Positions 49,326-57,365 of a stretch of DNA of 64,000 bases are shown piece by piece. The translations under genes were made by a program, and so were the position numbers. The first letter of the stretch is position 1, and the number at the start of each line of letters is the position of its first letter. The notes beneath the pieces were generated by a model, which was not told the DNA's origin, made no database searches, and saw only the letters and a program-made list of their open reading frames with translations. Source of the stretch: Candidatus Obscuribacterales bacterium (GTDB lineage Bacteria; Cyanobacteriota; Vampirovibrionia; Obscuribacterales; Obscuribacteraceae); the NCBI GenBank assembly GCA_965228855.1, contig CBDDIJ010000005.1, positions 928,001-992,000 of the forward strand. Direction: 5' to 3'.

Positions 49326-50087
49326 ATGCGCAAAATTGGCAGAGGTATTTACATTTTTCCATTGCTTGCCGCAAGCTTGATGCTAAGCGGTTTCGCGAGT
49401 GCGCCATTGGAAGGAACAGATATTCATGAAGCCGTCATCAAAGAAGGGCTGGCGGGCACGATTTGTCCGGCAAATATTGAAGTGATTGTGAACGGCAGCA
49501 AGTTTCAAGATGCCACGGCGACGGGAAATGAGACTGAAGAGCAACGCCATTTTGAAACGAAAAACATTCTGCGCTCATACGAATACGTTAAGCGCGAACA
49601 GAAGAAAGTTTTGAACTATGCAGCAGATGCTGACTCCAGCGCGGAGGCGAGAACCAGAGCGCTCTATCACTTTGGGATGATGCTGCATACGTTGCAAGAT
49701 TTTTATAGCAATACAAATTACCTGCGCCTGAAAGTTGCAGAAGCAAACCGCACCGCATCTGGTGACTTCGATCCATATGATCTGGAACTGTTCGACTGGC
49801 ATAAATTGACGGTCGGCAAAACGCCGGCAGTCGGAGGGCAAGAGCTCAAGCCAGAATTCATCCAGGCGGAAGAAATGAATAAACCGTTGCGCGACACAAC
49901 TTACGGCAAGGTTGCACGCGGTTTAGCTATTAGGGAAACTTCTCGGCAATGGACATTTCTAGAACAGCTTTTGAAAAACCGCTATGGAGAGAAAGCCGAA
50001 AGCATCAGCCTGGCTCTGCGCAAGGCAAGTTGTATAGAGAAAGTTCCGAAGGACGCGGAAGAGGCAATCGACGCCGGGGGCGATTGA
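49326..50087 (+). CDS. secreted HET-C/VWA7 (phospholipase C/P1 nuclease fold)-like protein
   Basis: Signal peptide; IHE, RHF, GMMLHTLQDFYSNTNY (family pattern LHxxQDFYSHSNW). Confidence 0.65.
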   Translation: MRKIGRGIYIFPLLAASLMLSGFASAPLEGTDIHEAVIKEGLAGTICPANIEVIVNGSKFQDATATGNETEEQRHFETKNILRSYEYVKREQKKVLNYAADADSSAEARTRALYHFGMMLHTLQDFYSNTNYLRLKVAEANRTASGDFDPYDLELFDWHKLTVGKTPAVGGQELKPEFIQAEEMNKPLRDTTYGKVARGLAIRETSRQWTFLEQLLKNRYGEKAESISLALRKASCIEKVPKDAEEAIDAGGD

Positions 50088-50220
50088 GCTCTTTCTTCTG
50101 CGCAAAATTTCGCAGCGCCGACCTCGGTCTATCTCGTTTGGGCCTGTTAGGTTGATTCCGGTATTAGGGGATTTTTCCTGAAAGGCATTGCCTAGCAATG
50201 GTTTGCAGCTTGTTCTGTGG

Positions 50221-50394
50221 TCTCCCGGGCCACCACGACGATCGCAGGGAAAAATGGAGAAATTTCCTGAAGCCAGTAATAGCAGGTGTTTGCGTCATAT
50301 GTGGACTTAGACGGGTATTACTGAAGCAGCCTATTGGCATCCGGTATTACCGGAACCATTTTAAGAACTCGCGACGACCTATAACCTGGGGAGG
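50221..50394 (+). ncRNA. rod-like structured RNA with central bubble, 6S RNA-like candidate
   Basis: Nested pairings tctcccggg/cctggggagg, tcgc/gcga, aaaatgg/ccatttt, cagtaata/tattactg; small hairpin tccggt/accgga in the bubble; ~175 nt, intergenic. Confidence 0.45.
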
Positions 50395-50484
50395 TGGCAT
50401 CTCGCCTAATCCATCCCATGCTCATGTCTCAAATTACAACCTCAAGAGTCTGCGCAATCCGACAATCACTCAAACCCGGCTTCA

Positions 50485-51189
50485 TCACTTTATCGCGGCG
50501 CGACCGCAGTCGGGGCAGTCGTTTCGAGGGTCCAAACCGCGAACAGTTTCGACATCTCCCCGCAAACCATCGACCTTCCACAGAACATTTCCCTGTTGAA
50601 CTCCGATGCCGGCAAGAAGTTTCACCGCTTCGAGCGCGATGATGGAACCGGCACAGGTAGCGACCGGAGAGAAGGTATCTCGTTCGACTGGTGTAATCGG
50701 AAAGTCATCGATGCCGGACACGGGCAGGGCACATCGCAAACATGCCGACTTTCCGGGCAACATGGTAAACAATTGAAACCTGAGTCCTGATGAACCTGAA
50801 TGAACTAACGGCAGCTTCAATCGCATGCACAAATCGCTTAAACGAAGTTTGGTTTGCCAATCGAGTAGACCTTCGATGACCAGGTCAATGCCTTTGAACA
50901 GGGCATCTTCAAGATCGTGCCCATTGAGCTCACGGAAGTCGACGACGGTATCAGGATTCGAATTGCTGGCAGAAACATCGCTCATTCGGCAGATTGTAAG
51001 CGAATCTCCAACGATCGTGATTCGACCGATTCCGGTCTTAATCAGCTGCACCAAAACAGTCTCGACTGTTTCTTCTCCGGCGAAAAGCAGGCAGGATGCG
51101 GACAATAAGCGAGATTGTTTCTCGCTCGTCATTCCAGGCATCGTCAATTGATGCTTGTATCGTTCAAGTTGCTCTGCCGTGAGACTGAT
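50485..51189 (-). CDS. ThiF/MoeB/HesA family protein with degenerate nucleotide-binding loop and apparent ATC start
   Basis: (I)SLTAEQLERYKHQL N-terminus; CLRC and CPDC Zn motifs; ALEAVKLLAG; GxGxxG replaced by AGEETV. Confidence 0.8.
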   Translation of the reverse strand: MSLTAEQLERYKHQLTMPGMTSEKQSRLLSASCLLFAGEETVETVLVQLIKTGIGRITIVGDSLTICRMSDVSASNSNPDTVVDFRELNGHDLEDALFKGIDLVIEGLLDWQTKLRLSDLCMRLKLPLVHSGSSGLRFQLFTMLPGKSACLRCALPVSGIDDFPITPVERDTFSPVATCAGSIIALEAVKLLAGIGVQQGNVLWKVDGLRGDVETVRGLDPRNDCPDCGRAAIK

Positions 51190-51233
51190 GTCAGGTCCTT
51201 TCCCGCGTTTCTGCTAGTGGTGACGAGAATTCT

Positions 51234-51530
51234 TCATTCGTAGATTACGTTTGTGGTCTTACCATTCACGATGGTATAGATACGTCCATGACCGCGTCCA
51301 GATGGGTAGATTAAGACTTCGTCTACATTTTGGTATTCAGGTTCTTTCCAATCTCGAATTGTGCCCTTGCTATATTCGAAGCCAATGCCATATTTGAATT
51401 GTAATTCTTCCCTTGAAATTCCTACTTCTGGATCGGGCCGAACAGCGCCAGAGATATACGCGGACGGAGTTCCACACAAGAGAAAACCCGCGGCAAAGGA
51501 TAGCAGTGATACTGTGATTTCGATTCTCAT
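51234..51530 (-). CDS. small membrane-anchored hypothetical protein
   Basis: ATG at 51530 with GGGAGG RBS; TM; GISREELQFKYG. Confidence 0.55.
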   Translation of the reverse strand: MRIEITVSLLSFAAGFLLCGTPSAYISGAVRPDPEVGISREELQFKYGIGFEYSKGTIRDWKEPEYQNVDEVLIYPSGRGHGRIYTIVNGKTTNVIYE

Positions 51531-51667
51531 GTCACAATACGCCTCCCTCTCTGTTACAGCGTAGAGCGGAGAGTCAAACGTCGTCAAGTAGATAAAGCCA
51601 AACAACGCTTCCTATTTCAGCTTTTTCCAGACTCCCAATCCTCGCATCATGAAGGCGAAATGGGGTA

Positions 51668-51695
51668 CAGGGCGCCCGATTGTGCGGGCGCCCTG
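51668..51695. repeat. GC-rich palindrome (REP-like or terminator hairpin)
   Basis: cagggcgcccg-attgtg-cgggcgccctg perfect 11-bp stem. Confidence 0.6.
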
Positions 51696-51881
51696 CGAGG
51701 GGTGGAGTTAAGCGTTCTGAGTGGCTCGTTTCGCTCTCATGCTTTTCTCTACAGACCTCAGGAAAAAATTAGGGCGGTCGACGAAAGATTGTAATTAGTG
51801 CTGGGTGCGCGGTTGCCGACTTATCTCAGCTGTGAATCATCTGAGTGGCTGCGCCCTCACCACGGACAAGCGCTTTAGCGG

Positions 51882-52922
51882 CTACGGAGAGGAAGGCGTA
51901 GAAATCTTCGCGGGGTCGTGGGTGTCCAACAACTTGTAAAAAGCTTCGCGCTCTTCATAAGTCCACGAGTACATACACGATTTCGCACCAAGTAAAACGG
52001 CGTAGGCATTGAATTTTTGCTTCAGCTTGTCATAAGCATCTACGAGTTTGAAGACAACCGCTGGGCTCCTTGATTGAGAGAAATGGAGTAACATCCTGAG
52101 ATTCTCAATTTCCCCTTCAAGGTCCCCATTTTCATCGCAGACCGCAGCCTTTACAAGATACATAGCGGGGTCGGTTTTGGGGACCAAGTGTTCCACTTTA
52201 GTCAGGACTTCGCCCGCTCGAGCCAGATCACCAGTCTGATTTCGGTTCAACAAACATATAGCAAGATTATTGTACGAAGACGTGTAAGTTGGGTGGCTGG
52301 CAATCGCTTTCTCATAGCGTGAGATAGCGCGATCTGTTTTACCCGTAAGTTGGGCTTTGAGAGCTTCGGTAAAGTCGCGTGGAACTTCCTTCGCTCTCGC
52401 CTTTACAGCCTTTCTAAGCGCGATGTGATCAAGTCCAACTTTGAGGTTGATCTTATAATCCGCTTTGAATTCTCCACCCAACTCTACAGTTCCTGTGGTG
52501 ACAGGCGGGTTCGGCACCGCAGATAGTGGCGTGTCTGTCAGTCCGCTCCCCGCGGGAGTTCTGTCAAGATTCGCATCCGCGCCATACGCTTTCCCGAAAG
52601 ACGCAAACAAAAATCCTATGGCGATGCTCGCGACTTTCGCAATTCGCCGAAGTCTCTCGCGAGCTTTCCGAAGCCCGACTGGGCAATCATCAGTTATTAC
52701 GGTGCCATCGTGGCGTCGACAAATTCGCATGCACTTCGTCAGTCCATGCTCTTGCAAAAATGCGTTCGCTTCACGACGAGTCATATCAGAGATGTTGTAG
52801 ACGTTCTTTTCGCAGCCGCCGCAAAAACGCACACGTTCGTCACCGTCCATCTTTTCCCAGTCTTTGGTGCATGGAGTGGCGAGTCTGAGAGAATCTAAAA
52901 TCGAGTTGTTCTTCGCGGTCAT
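51882..52922 (-). CDS. membrane protein with N-terminal Cys-rich domain and C-terminal TPRs
   Basis: PCTKDWEKMDGDERVRFCGGCEKNVYNISDM...C.R...DG...DC motif; TM; TPRs; start taken at MTAKNN. Confidence 0.8.
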   Translation of the reverse strand: MTAKNNSILDSLRLATPCTKDWEKMDGDERVRFCGGCEKNVYNISDMTRREANAFLQEHGLTKCMRICRRHDGTVITDDCPVGLRKARERLRRIAKVASIAIGFLFASFGKAYGADANLDRTPAGSGLTDTPLSAVPNPPVTTGTVELGGEFKADYKINLKVGLDHIALRKAVKARAKEVPRDFTEALKAQLTGKTDRAISRYEKAIASHPTYTSSYNNLAICLLNRNQTGDLARAGEVLTKVEHLVPKTDPAMYLVKAAVCDENGDLEGEIENLRMLLHFSQSRSPAVVFKLVDAYDKLKQKFNAYAVLLGAKSCMYSWTYEEREAFYKLLDTHDPAKISTPSSP

Positions 52923-53058
52923 CGTTAGGAGCTCATGACAGAAGCTTCCGATTATCCAACACGATTCGCGTTTTGGAATCACCCATTCCGGCTGTTTCAC
53001 TTTGAAATTCGCTCATAGAGCCGAAAACGCAGTGGCCGCGTCAGACCCCCAAATGGAC

Positions 53059-53081
53059 CAAAAACCCCCCTTACGGGAGGT
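53059..53081 (-). terminator. terminator of pilin-like copy 1
   Basis: Minus strand acctccc-GTAA-gggggg-ttttt. Confidence 0.75.
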
Positions 53082-53112
53082 CTCTGGCTGGCGTTGGCGG
53101 GGGAAAACTGTG

Positions 53113-53631
53113 TTAGCTGAACAGGTTGGCGTCGCGAGCCGATGCTACGAGCCAGTTGATGCAACCGGGTGTTGCCAAACCACCGGTGACACCAGCTGCG
53201 CCGAAGAGAACTTTCTTCATTGCATCGTGCGAACCAGCAGCCATGTGCATGAAGCCCATGATCATGGTAGGACCGCCCCAGGCGATGCCGAGGATTTCCA
53301 TACCGTTTGCGATGATGTTGAGCAAGGCTTCCAAGTTAGCCAAGTTGTTGACACGGACTGTTCCTGCGGTGTTGACGCCCATAATGGATGTCGCGTCGCC
53401 GCCTTGCGGTCCAATCGTACCGTTGGTGGCACCTTGAAGAATTGGTGCTGTGCCTTGTTGAATTTGTTCGGTCTGTGCGCCGGTGTTGTAGTAGGTGTTG
53501 TTTCCACCTTGTACTTCACCCATCGAGCCTTGCGATGAGAAAGCATCTCCGAACGATTGTGCAAATGCTGGTGTGGAGAGACCGACTAGTAATGCTGCTG
53601 CGACGGCCATGCGTGTGAAAGTCTTATGCAT
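53113..53631 (-). CDS. VirB2/TrbC-like pilin with Gly/Gln/Asn-rich N-terminal extension, copy 1
   Basis: Sec signal AFA|Q; two hydrophobic helices around a short KK loop (LNIIANGMEILGIAWGGPTMIMGFMHMAAGSHDAMKKVLFGAAGVTGGLATPGCINWL). The CDS is secure; the pilin assignment is inference. Confidence 0.7.
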   Translation of the reverse strand: MHKTFTRMAVAAALLVGLSTPAFAQSFGDAFSSQGSMGEVQGGNNTYYNTGAQTEQIQQGTAPILQGATNGTIGPQGGDATSIMGVNTAGTVRVNNLANLEALLNIIANGMEILGIAWGGPTMIMGFMHMAAGSHDAMKKVLFGAAGVTGGLATPGCINWLVASARDANLFS

Positions 53632-53711
53632 AGAGTTATCTCCGGCAAATTCGTTTTAGTAATTTAGTAAGTGGTTTTGAAAAAAATCGAACAGGAAGTT
53701 GTTCGGTTTAT

Positions 53712-53740
53712 AGAGTAAGGGCAACGAAGGTTGAAGTCAA
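53712..53740 (-). promoter_or_regulatory. sigma70 promoter of copy 1
   Basis: TTGACT-17-TACTCT. Confidence 0.75.
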
Positions 53741-54051
53741 GTGCAAAATTGTTATCCGCAATACATTTTTGGTCGTTCTTGACTTCATTCTTTCAAATAA
53801 TTTCGATCCTTCGAAGAACGGCTTGTTTCCAGGGCTGTGCCCTCTGTTCAGAGTCTGTAAGACGAACATTTATAGGTCGAGACTAGGACTTCCTACTGAT
53901 TGTTCGCTTTTTAGGTTCAAAACCGATTCTAGCGACCTCTCGCCCGTACTAGAAACAGAATCTGAACACCACCCGTAGTTCACATAAACCTCGACACACA
54001 TACCAAGGCTTGCGCCTAAACCTCGCTTGCCAGCCGACTTTTAGCCCATAG

Positions 54052-54078
54052 AAAAGGGAGAGACTGCCGTCTCTCCCC
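54052..54078 (-). terminator. terminator of copy 2
   Basis: gggagagac-GGCA-gtctctccc-tttt. Confidence 0.8.
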
Positions 54079-54106
54079 GTCCTGTTCAATAACGTTTCTA
54101 GTGATA

Positions 54107-54628
54107 CTAGCTGAAGAGGTTTGCGTCGCGTGCCGATGCAACGAGCCAGTTGATGCAACCAGGTGTTGCCAAACCGCCTGTGACACCAGCAGCTCCAAAC
54201 AGAACCTTTTTCATCGCATCATGCGAGCCGGCAGCCATGTGCATGAAGCCCATGATCATTGTTGGTCCACCCCATGCAATGCCGAGGATTTCCATACCGT
54301 TTGCGATGATGTTCAGCAAAGCTTCCAAGTTAGCCAGGTTGTTGACGCGAACTGTTCCTGCAGTGTTGACGCCCATGATGGATGTCGCATCTCCGCCTTG
54401 CGGTCCGATTGTACCGTTGGTTGCGCCTTGCAGCATTGGTGCTGCACCGGCATTGATCTGCTCGGTTTGTGCGCCGGTGTTGTAGTAGGTGTTGTTGCCA
54501 CCTTGTACTTCACCCATTTGTCCTTGCGAGGAGAAAGCGTCTCCGAACGATTGTGCGAAAGCTGGTGTTGCGAGTCCGAACATAACAGCTGCCATCACCG
54601 TGATTTGAGCAAACTTGTTTGTACGCAT
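54107..54628 (-). CDS. VirB2/TrbC-like pilin, copy 2
   Basis: Mature region differs from copy 1 at 5 residues, all in the N-terminal extension; GGAGG RBS. Confidence 0.7.
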   Translation of the reverse strand: MRTNKFAQITVMAAVMFGLATPAFAQSFGDAFSSQGQMGEVQGGNNTYYNTGAQTEQINAGAAPMLQGATNGTIGPQGGDATSIMGVNTAGTVRVNNLANLEALLNIIANGMEILGIAWGGPTMIMGFMHMAAGSHDAMKKVLFGAAGVTGGLATPGCINWLVASARDANLFS

Positions 54629-54715
54629 AATGAGACCCTCCCGGGCATTCGAATTTATTCGAGTTGATAGTAAAGACGTTTAAAAGAAACCAGCGCTAAA
54701 AGTGCGCAGGTAGTC

Positions 54716-54744
54716 AGTATAATGACATCGCCATCAGCGGTCAA
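54716..54744 (-). promoter_or_regulatory. sigma70 promoter of copy 2
   Basis: TTGACC-17-TATACT. Confidence 0.8.
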
Positions 54745-55127
54745 TTAACGCATTCACATAAACCCGCTAAATCATGCGGTTTTTCCCACTTAAGGCGACT
54801 GCATGAAACCTTAAATCTGAGGATTCTAGCCGATTTCAGCAAAAACAGAATTGCAAGATGCCCAATTGACAGGCTTTTGCAGCATTTCATTTTAGCGAAA
54901 CACAGCCAATTTTTCAGGACTTGGAACGAAGATATTTTGAACTCAAATCGCTTCTGTTGTGATCAAATGTTTCGAAAACCTTTTTGCTGGTCCACTCGCA
55001 AATGACTGTTCATGCCGATTTGCTCAAGTCACACTTGCTTTTGAATGCGGTCACTCGAATCAAAAACATTTCCATGTCCCTCGAAGAGGCACTGAGAATG
55101 AGCGTTTGAAAGTAAGTACGCAAAGCA

Positions 55128-55155
55128 GAAGGGGGAGGTCAAAGCCTCCCCCTTT
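55128..55155 (-). terminator. terminator of copy 3
   Basis: aagggggagg-ctttga-cctccccctt. Confidence 0.75.
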
Positions 55156-55180
55156 CAAACTTTTTGAAACCGTTAGCGTG

Positions 55181-55696
55181 TTAGCTGAACAGGTTGGCGT
55201 CGCGAGCCGATGCTACGAGCCAGTTGATGCAACCAGGTGTTGCCAATCCACCGGTGACGCCCGCTGCTCCGAAGAGTACTTTCTTCATCGCGTCATGCGA
55301 ACCAGCAGCCATGTGCATGAAGCCCATGATCATGGTCGGTCCACCCCAGGCGATACCGAGGATTTCCATACCGTTTGCGATGATGTTGAGCAAGGCTTCC
55401 AAGTTAGCCAAGTTGTTGACGCGGACTGTTCCTGCGGTGTTGACGCCCATGATGGATGTCGCATCTCCGCCTTGCGGTCCAATCGTACCGTTGGTGGCAC
55501 CTTGAAGAATCGGTGCTGTGCCTTGTTGAATTTGTTCGGTTTGAGCGCCGGTGTTGTAGTAGCTGTTGTTTCCACCTTGTACTTCACCCATCGAGCCTTG
55601 CGACGAGAACGCATCGCCGAACGATTGCGCTTGTGCTGGTGCGCTGGTGAGACCGATCAAGAGTGCTGCGGCAACGATAATTTTAGTAATACGCAT
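55181..55696 (-). CDS. VirB2/TrbC-like pilin, copy 3
   Basis: Start MRITK at 55696 with GGAGG RBS; mature region differs from copy 1 by one T>S. Confidence 0.7.
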   Translation of the reverse strand: MRITKIIVAAALLIGLTSAPAQAQSFGDAFSSQGSMGEVQGGNNSYYNTGAQTEQIQQGTAPILQGATNGTIGPQGGDATSIMGVNTAGTVRVNNLANLEALLNIIANGMEILGIAWGGPTMIMGFMHMAAGSHDAMKKVLFGAAGVTGGLATPGCINWLVASARDANLFS

Positions 55697-55795
55697 AGGG
55701 TGAAAACCTCCACGGCAGACATGCAAGTGCGATTCGGAAAAGAGAAGAATTAGCTAGTAAGTTGATGTAGCTAGTAAGTCGTTTCAAGCATGTCA

Positions 55796-55824
55796 AGTGT
55801 AAGCGAACCCCAAAAGGAAGTCAA
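55796..55824 (-). promoter_or_regulatory. sigma70 promoter of copy 3
   Basis: TTGACT-17-TACACT. Confidence 0.75.
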
Positions 55825-56208
55825 GCACTTATTTTCAGGACTTTTCCATGTCACAAAAATTCCACGAAAAAGTCACAACCGCCAGGTTGATGGGTGGAAC
55901 AACGTTTCAGGGATCGCTCACTGTTCCAGTCGAGCAAAATTGAATGGTGGCAATGTGATACCGCTCGATTTAATGAAAACTCGATGCATGATACGAGCAC
56001 TTTCGCCTAACAGATCACTTTCCGGACGGGGTAGTTACGTTCAACCAGTGCGTGCGTCCCATGATGCATGCACTGCATCTTACGTCTGTTCCTTCCGATG
56101 CGTTCAACGAATTCACCCTCATTTATATGGATGGACTCGCAGATGTGGTTTCTCAACATCTGTCACGCACGAGACATATAAAGGTAAGCCGGTCTACAAA
56201 GCACACCT

Positions 56209-56233
56209 AAAAGGAGGGGCTTGCGCCCCTCCC
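56209..56233 (-). terminator. terminator of copy 4
   Basis: ggaggggc-GCAA-gcccctcc-tttt. Confidence 0.8.
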
Positions 56234-56269
56234 GAAAGTTTTCTCTATACCGAAGTCTGCTTGAGTGAC

Positions 56270-56788
56270 TTAGCTGAAGAGGTTGGCATCGCGAGCCGAT
56301 GCTACGAGCCAGTTGATGCAACCAGGTGTTGCCAATCCACCGGTGACGCCAGCTGCTCCGAAGAGTACTTTCTTCATTGCATCGTGCGAACCAGCAGCCA
56401 TGTGCATGAAGCCCATGATCATTGTCGGTCCACCCCAAGCGATACCGAGGATTTCCATACCGTTTGCGATGATGTTCAGCAAAGCTTCCAAGTTAGCCAA
56501 GTTGTTGACACGGACTGTACCTGCGGTGTTGACGCCCATGATGGAAGTCGCATCTCCGCCTTGTGGTCCTATCGTACCGTTGGTAGCACCTTGAAGAATT
56601 GGCGCTGTGCCTTGTTGAATTTGTTCGGTTTGTGCTCCGGTGTTGTAGTAGGTGTTGTTTCCACCTTGTACTTCACCCATTGAACCTTGCGAGGAGAAAG
56701 CATCTCCGAAAGATTGTGCGTAAGCCGGTGCTCCGGTAACTCCGAGGACGACAGCAGCGGCGACGAGCATTTTAGTAAAGTGACGCAT
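56270..56788 (-). CDS. VirB2/TrbC-like pilin, copy 4
   Basis: Start MRHFTK at 56788 with GGAGG RBS; mature protein identical to copy 1 despite synonymous differences. Confidence 0.7.
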   Translation of the reverse strand: MRHFTKMLVAAAVVLGVTGAPAYAQSFGDAFSSQGSMGEVQGGNNTYYNTGAQTEQIQQGTAPILQGATNGTIGPQGGDATSIMGVNTAGTVRVNNLANLEALLNIIANGMEILGIAWGGPTMIMGFMHMAAGSHDAMKKVLFGAAGVTGGLATPGCINWLVASARDANLFS

Positions 56789-56892
56789 AAGTGAACCTCC
56801 TGCCAAATGGCAAGTGTTAGGTATGTAGTAAATAGTAAGTTCGGACAACCGGTCGCGAAAAGTGCAACCGTCTCGAAAAGTTCGATGGAATT

Positions 56893-56921
56893 AGAGTACG
56901 TTAAGAAACACCCCGAGTCAA
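56893..56921 (-). promoter_or_regulatory. sigma70 promoter of copy 4
   Basis: TTGACT-17-TACTCT. Confidence 0.75.
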
Positions 56922-57365
56922 CATCATTTTTGTAGCCTAGAATACATTTTTCAAAGTTTTCTTTATAATCACCGTCGAATAAACGTTTTCGCCCGCCAGG
57001 TCACATCAGGCAAACGCGCTATCCATGCCATTCTCCACGGAGCGATCAAAACAGCGAAGTCAAGCACAAATATGTACTTCAGGGGAGGAGGCGACGACCG
57101 ATGACAGTACCAGATTGGACCTCTTAGGGTTGCCTCTAGTATTTCTAGACGCCAGCTATCCCTGTTTTTCGAGGATTCATTCCCAAGATATCCTCGCTCA
57201 GTGATTGAACGCAGCGCTATGAGGCACTTTCAGAATTTTGCGCTTCCACAAATCGAATCTAGCCCTTGTAGAAGCAAACCTAAGAGGTTAACTGGAGACC
57301 TGTGTGGTCTCGAAGCAAAGGCCTTGATGCAGAGGGCTCGGTTGTGATGCGCCGGGTACGTCAGT

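Noticed and set aside
50198..50599. 133-aa + strand ORF
   Set aside because: No RBS or recognisable domain; overlaps the ThiF 3' end and a structured RNA candidate.
53747..53759. AATTGTTATCCGC matches half of the lac operator; TTATCCGCA resembles a DnaA box
   Set aside because: Single half-site with no vector context and no DnaA-box cluster; likely chance.
53002..56683. Long + strand ORFs (53002, 54101, 54959, 55790) and the repeated 103-111-aa ORFs over the pilin genes
   Set aside because: Antisense shadows. Variation among copies is synonymous in the minus-strand frame, which also has RBS, promoters, terminators and signal peptides.
53113..56788. Array as DGR, antigenic-variation cassettes or CRISPR
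   Set aside because: No reverse transcriptase, recombinase or cas gene. Every copy is complete with its own promoter, and the protein is conserved, not diversified.
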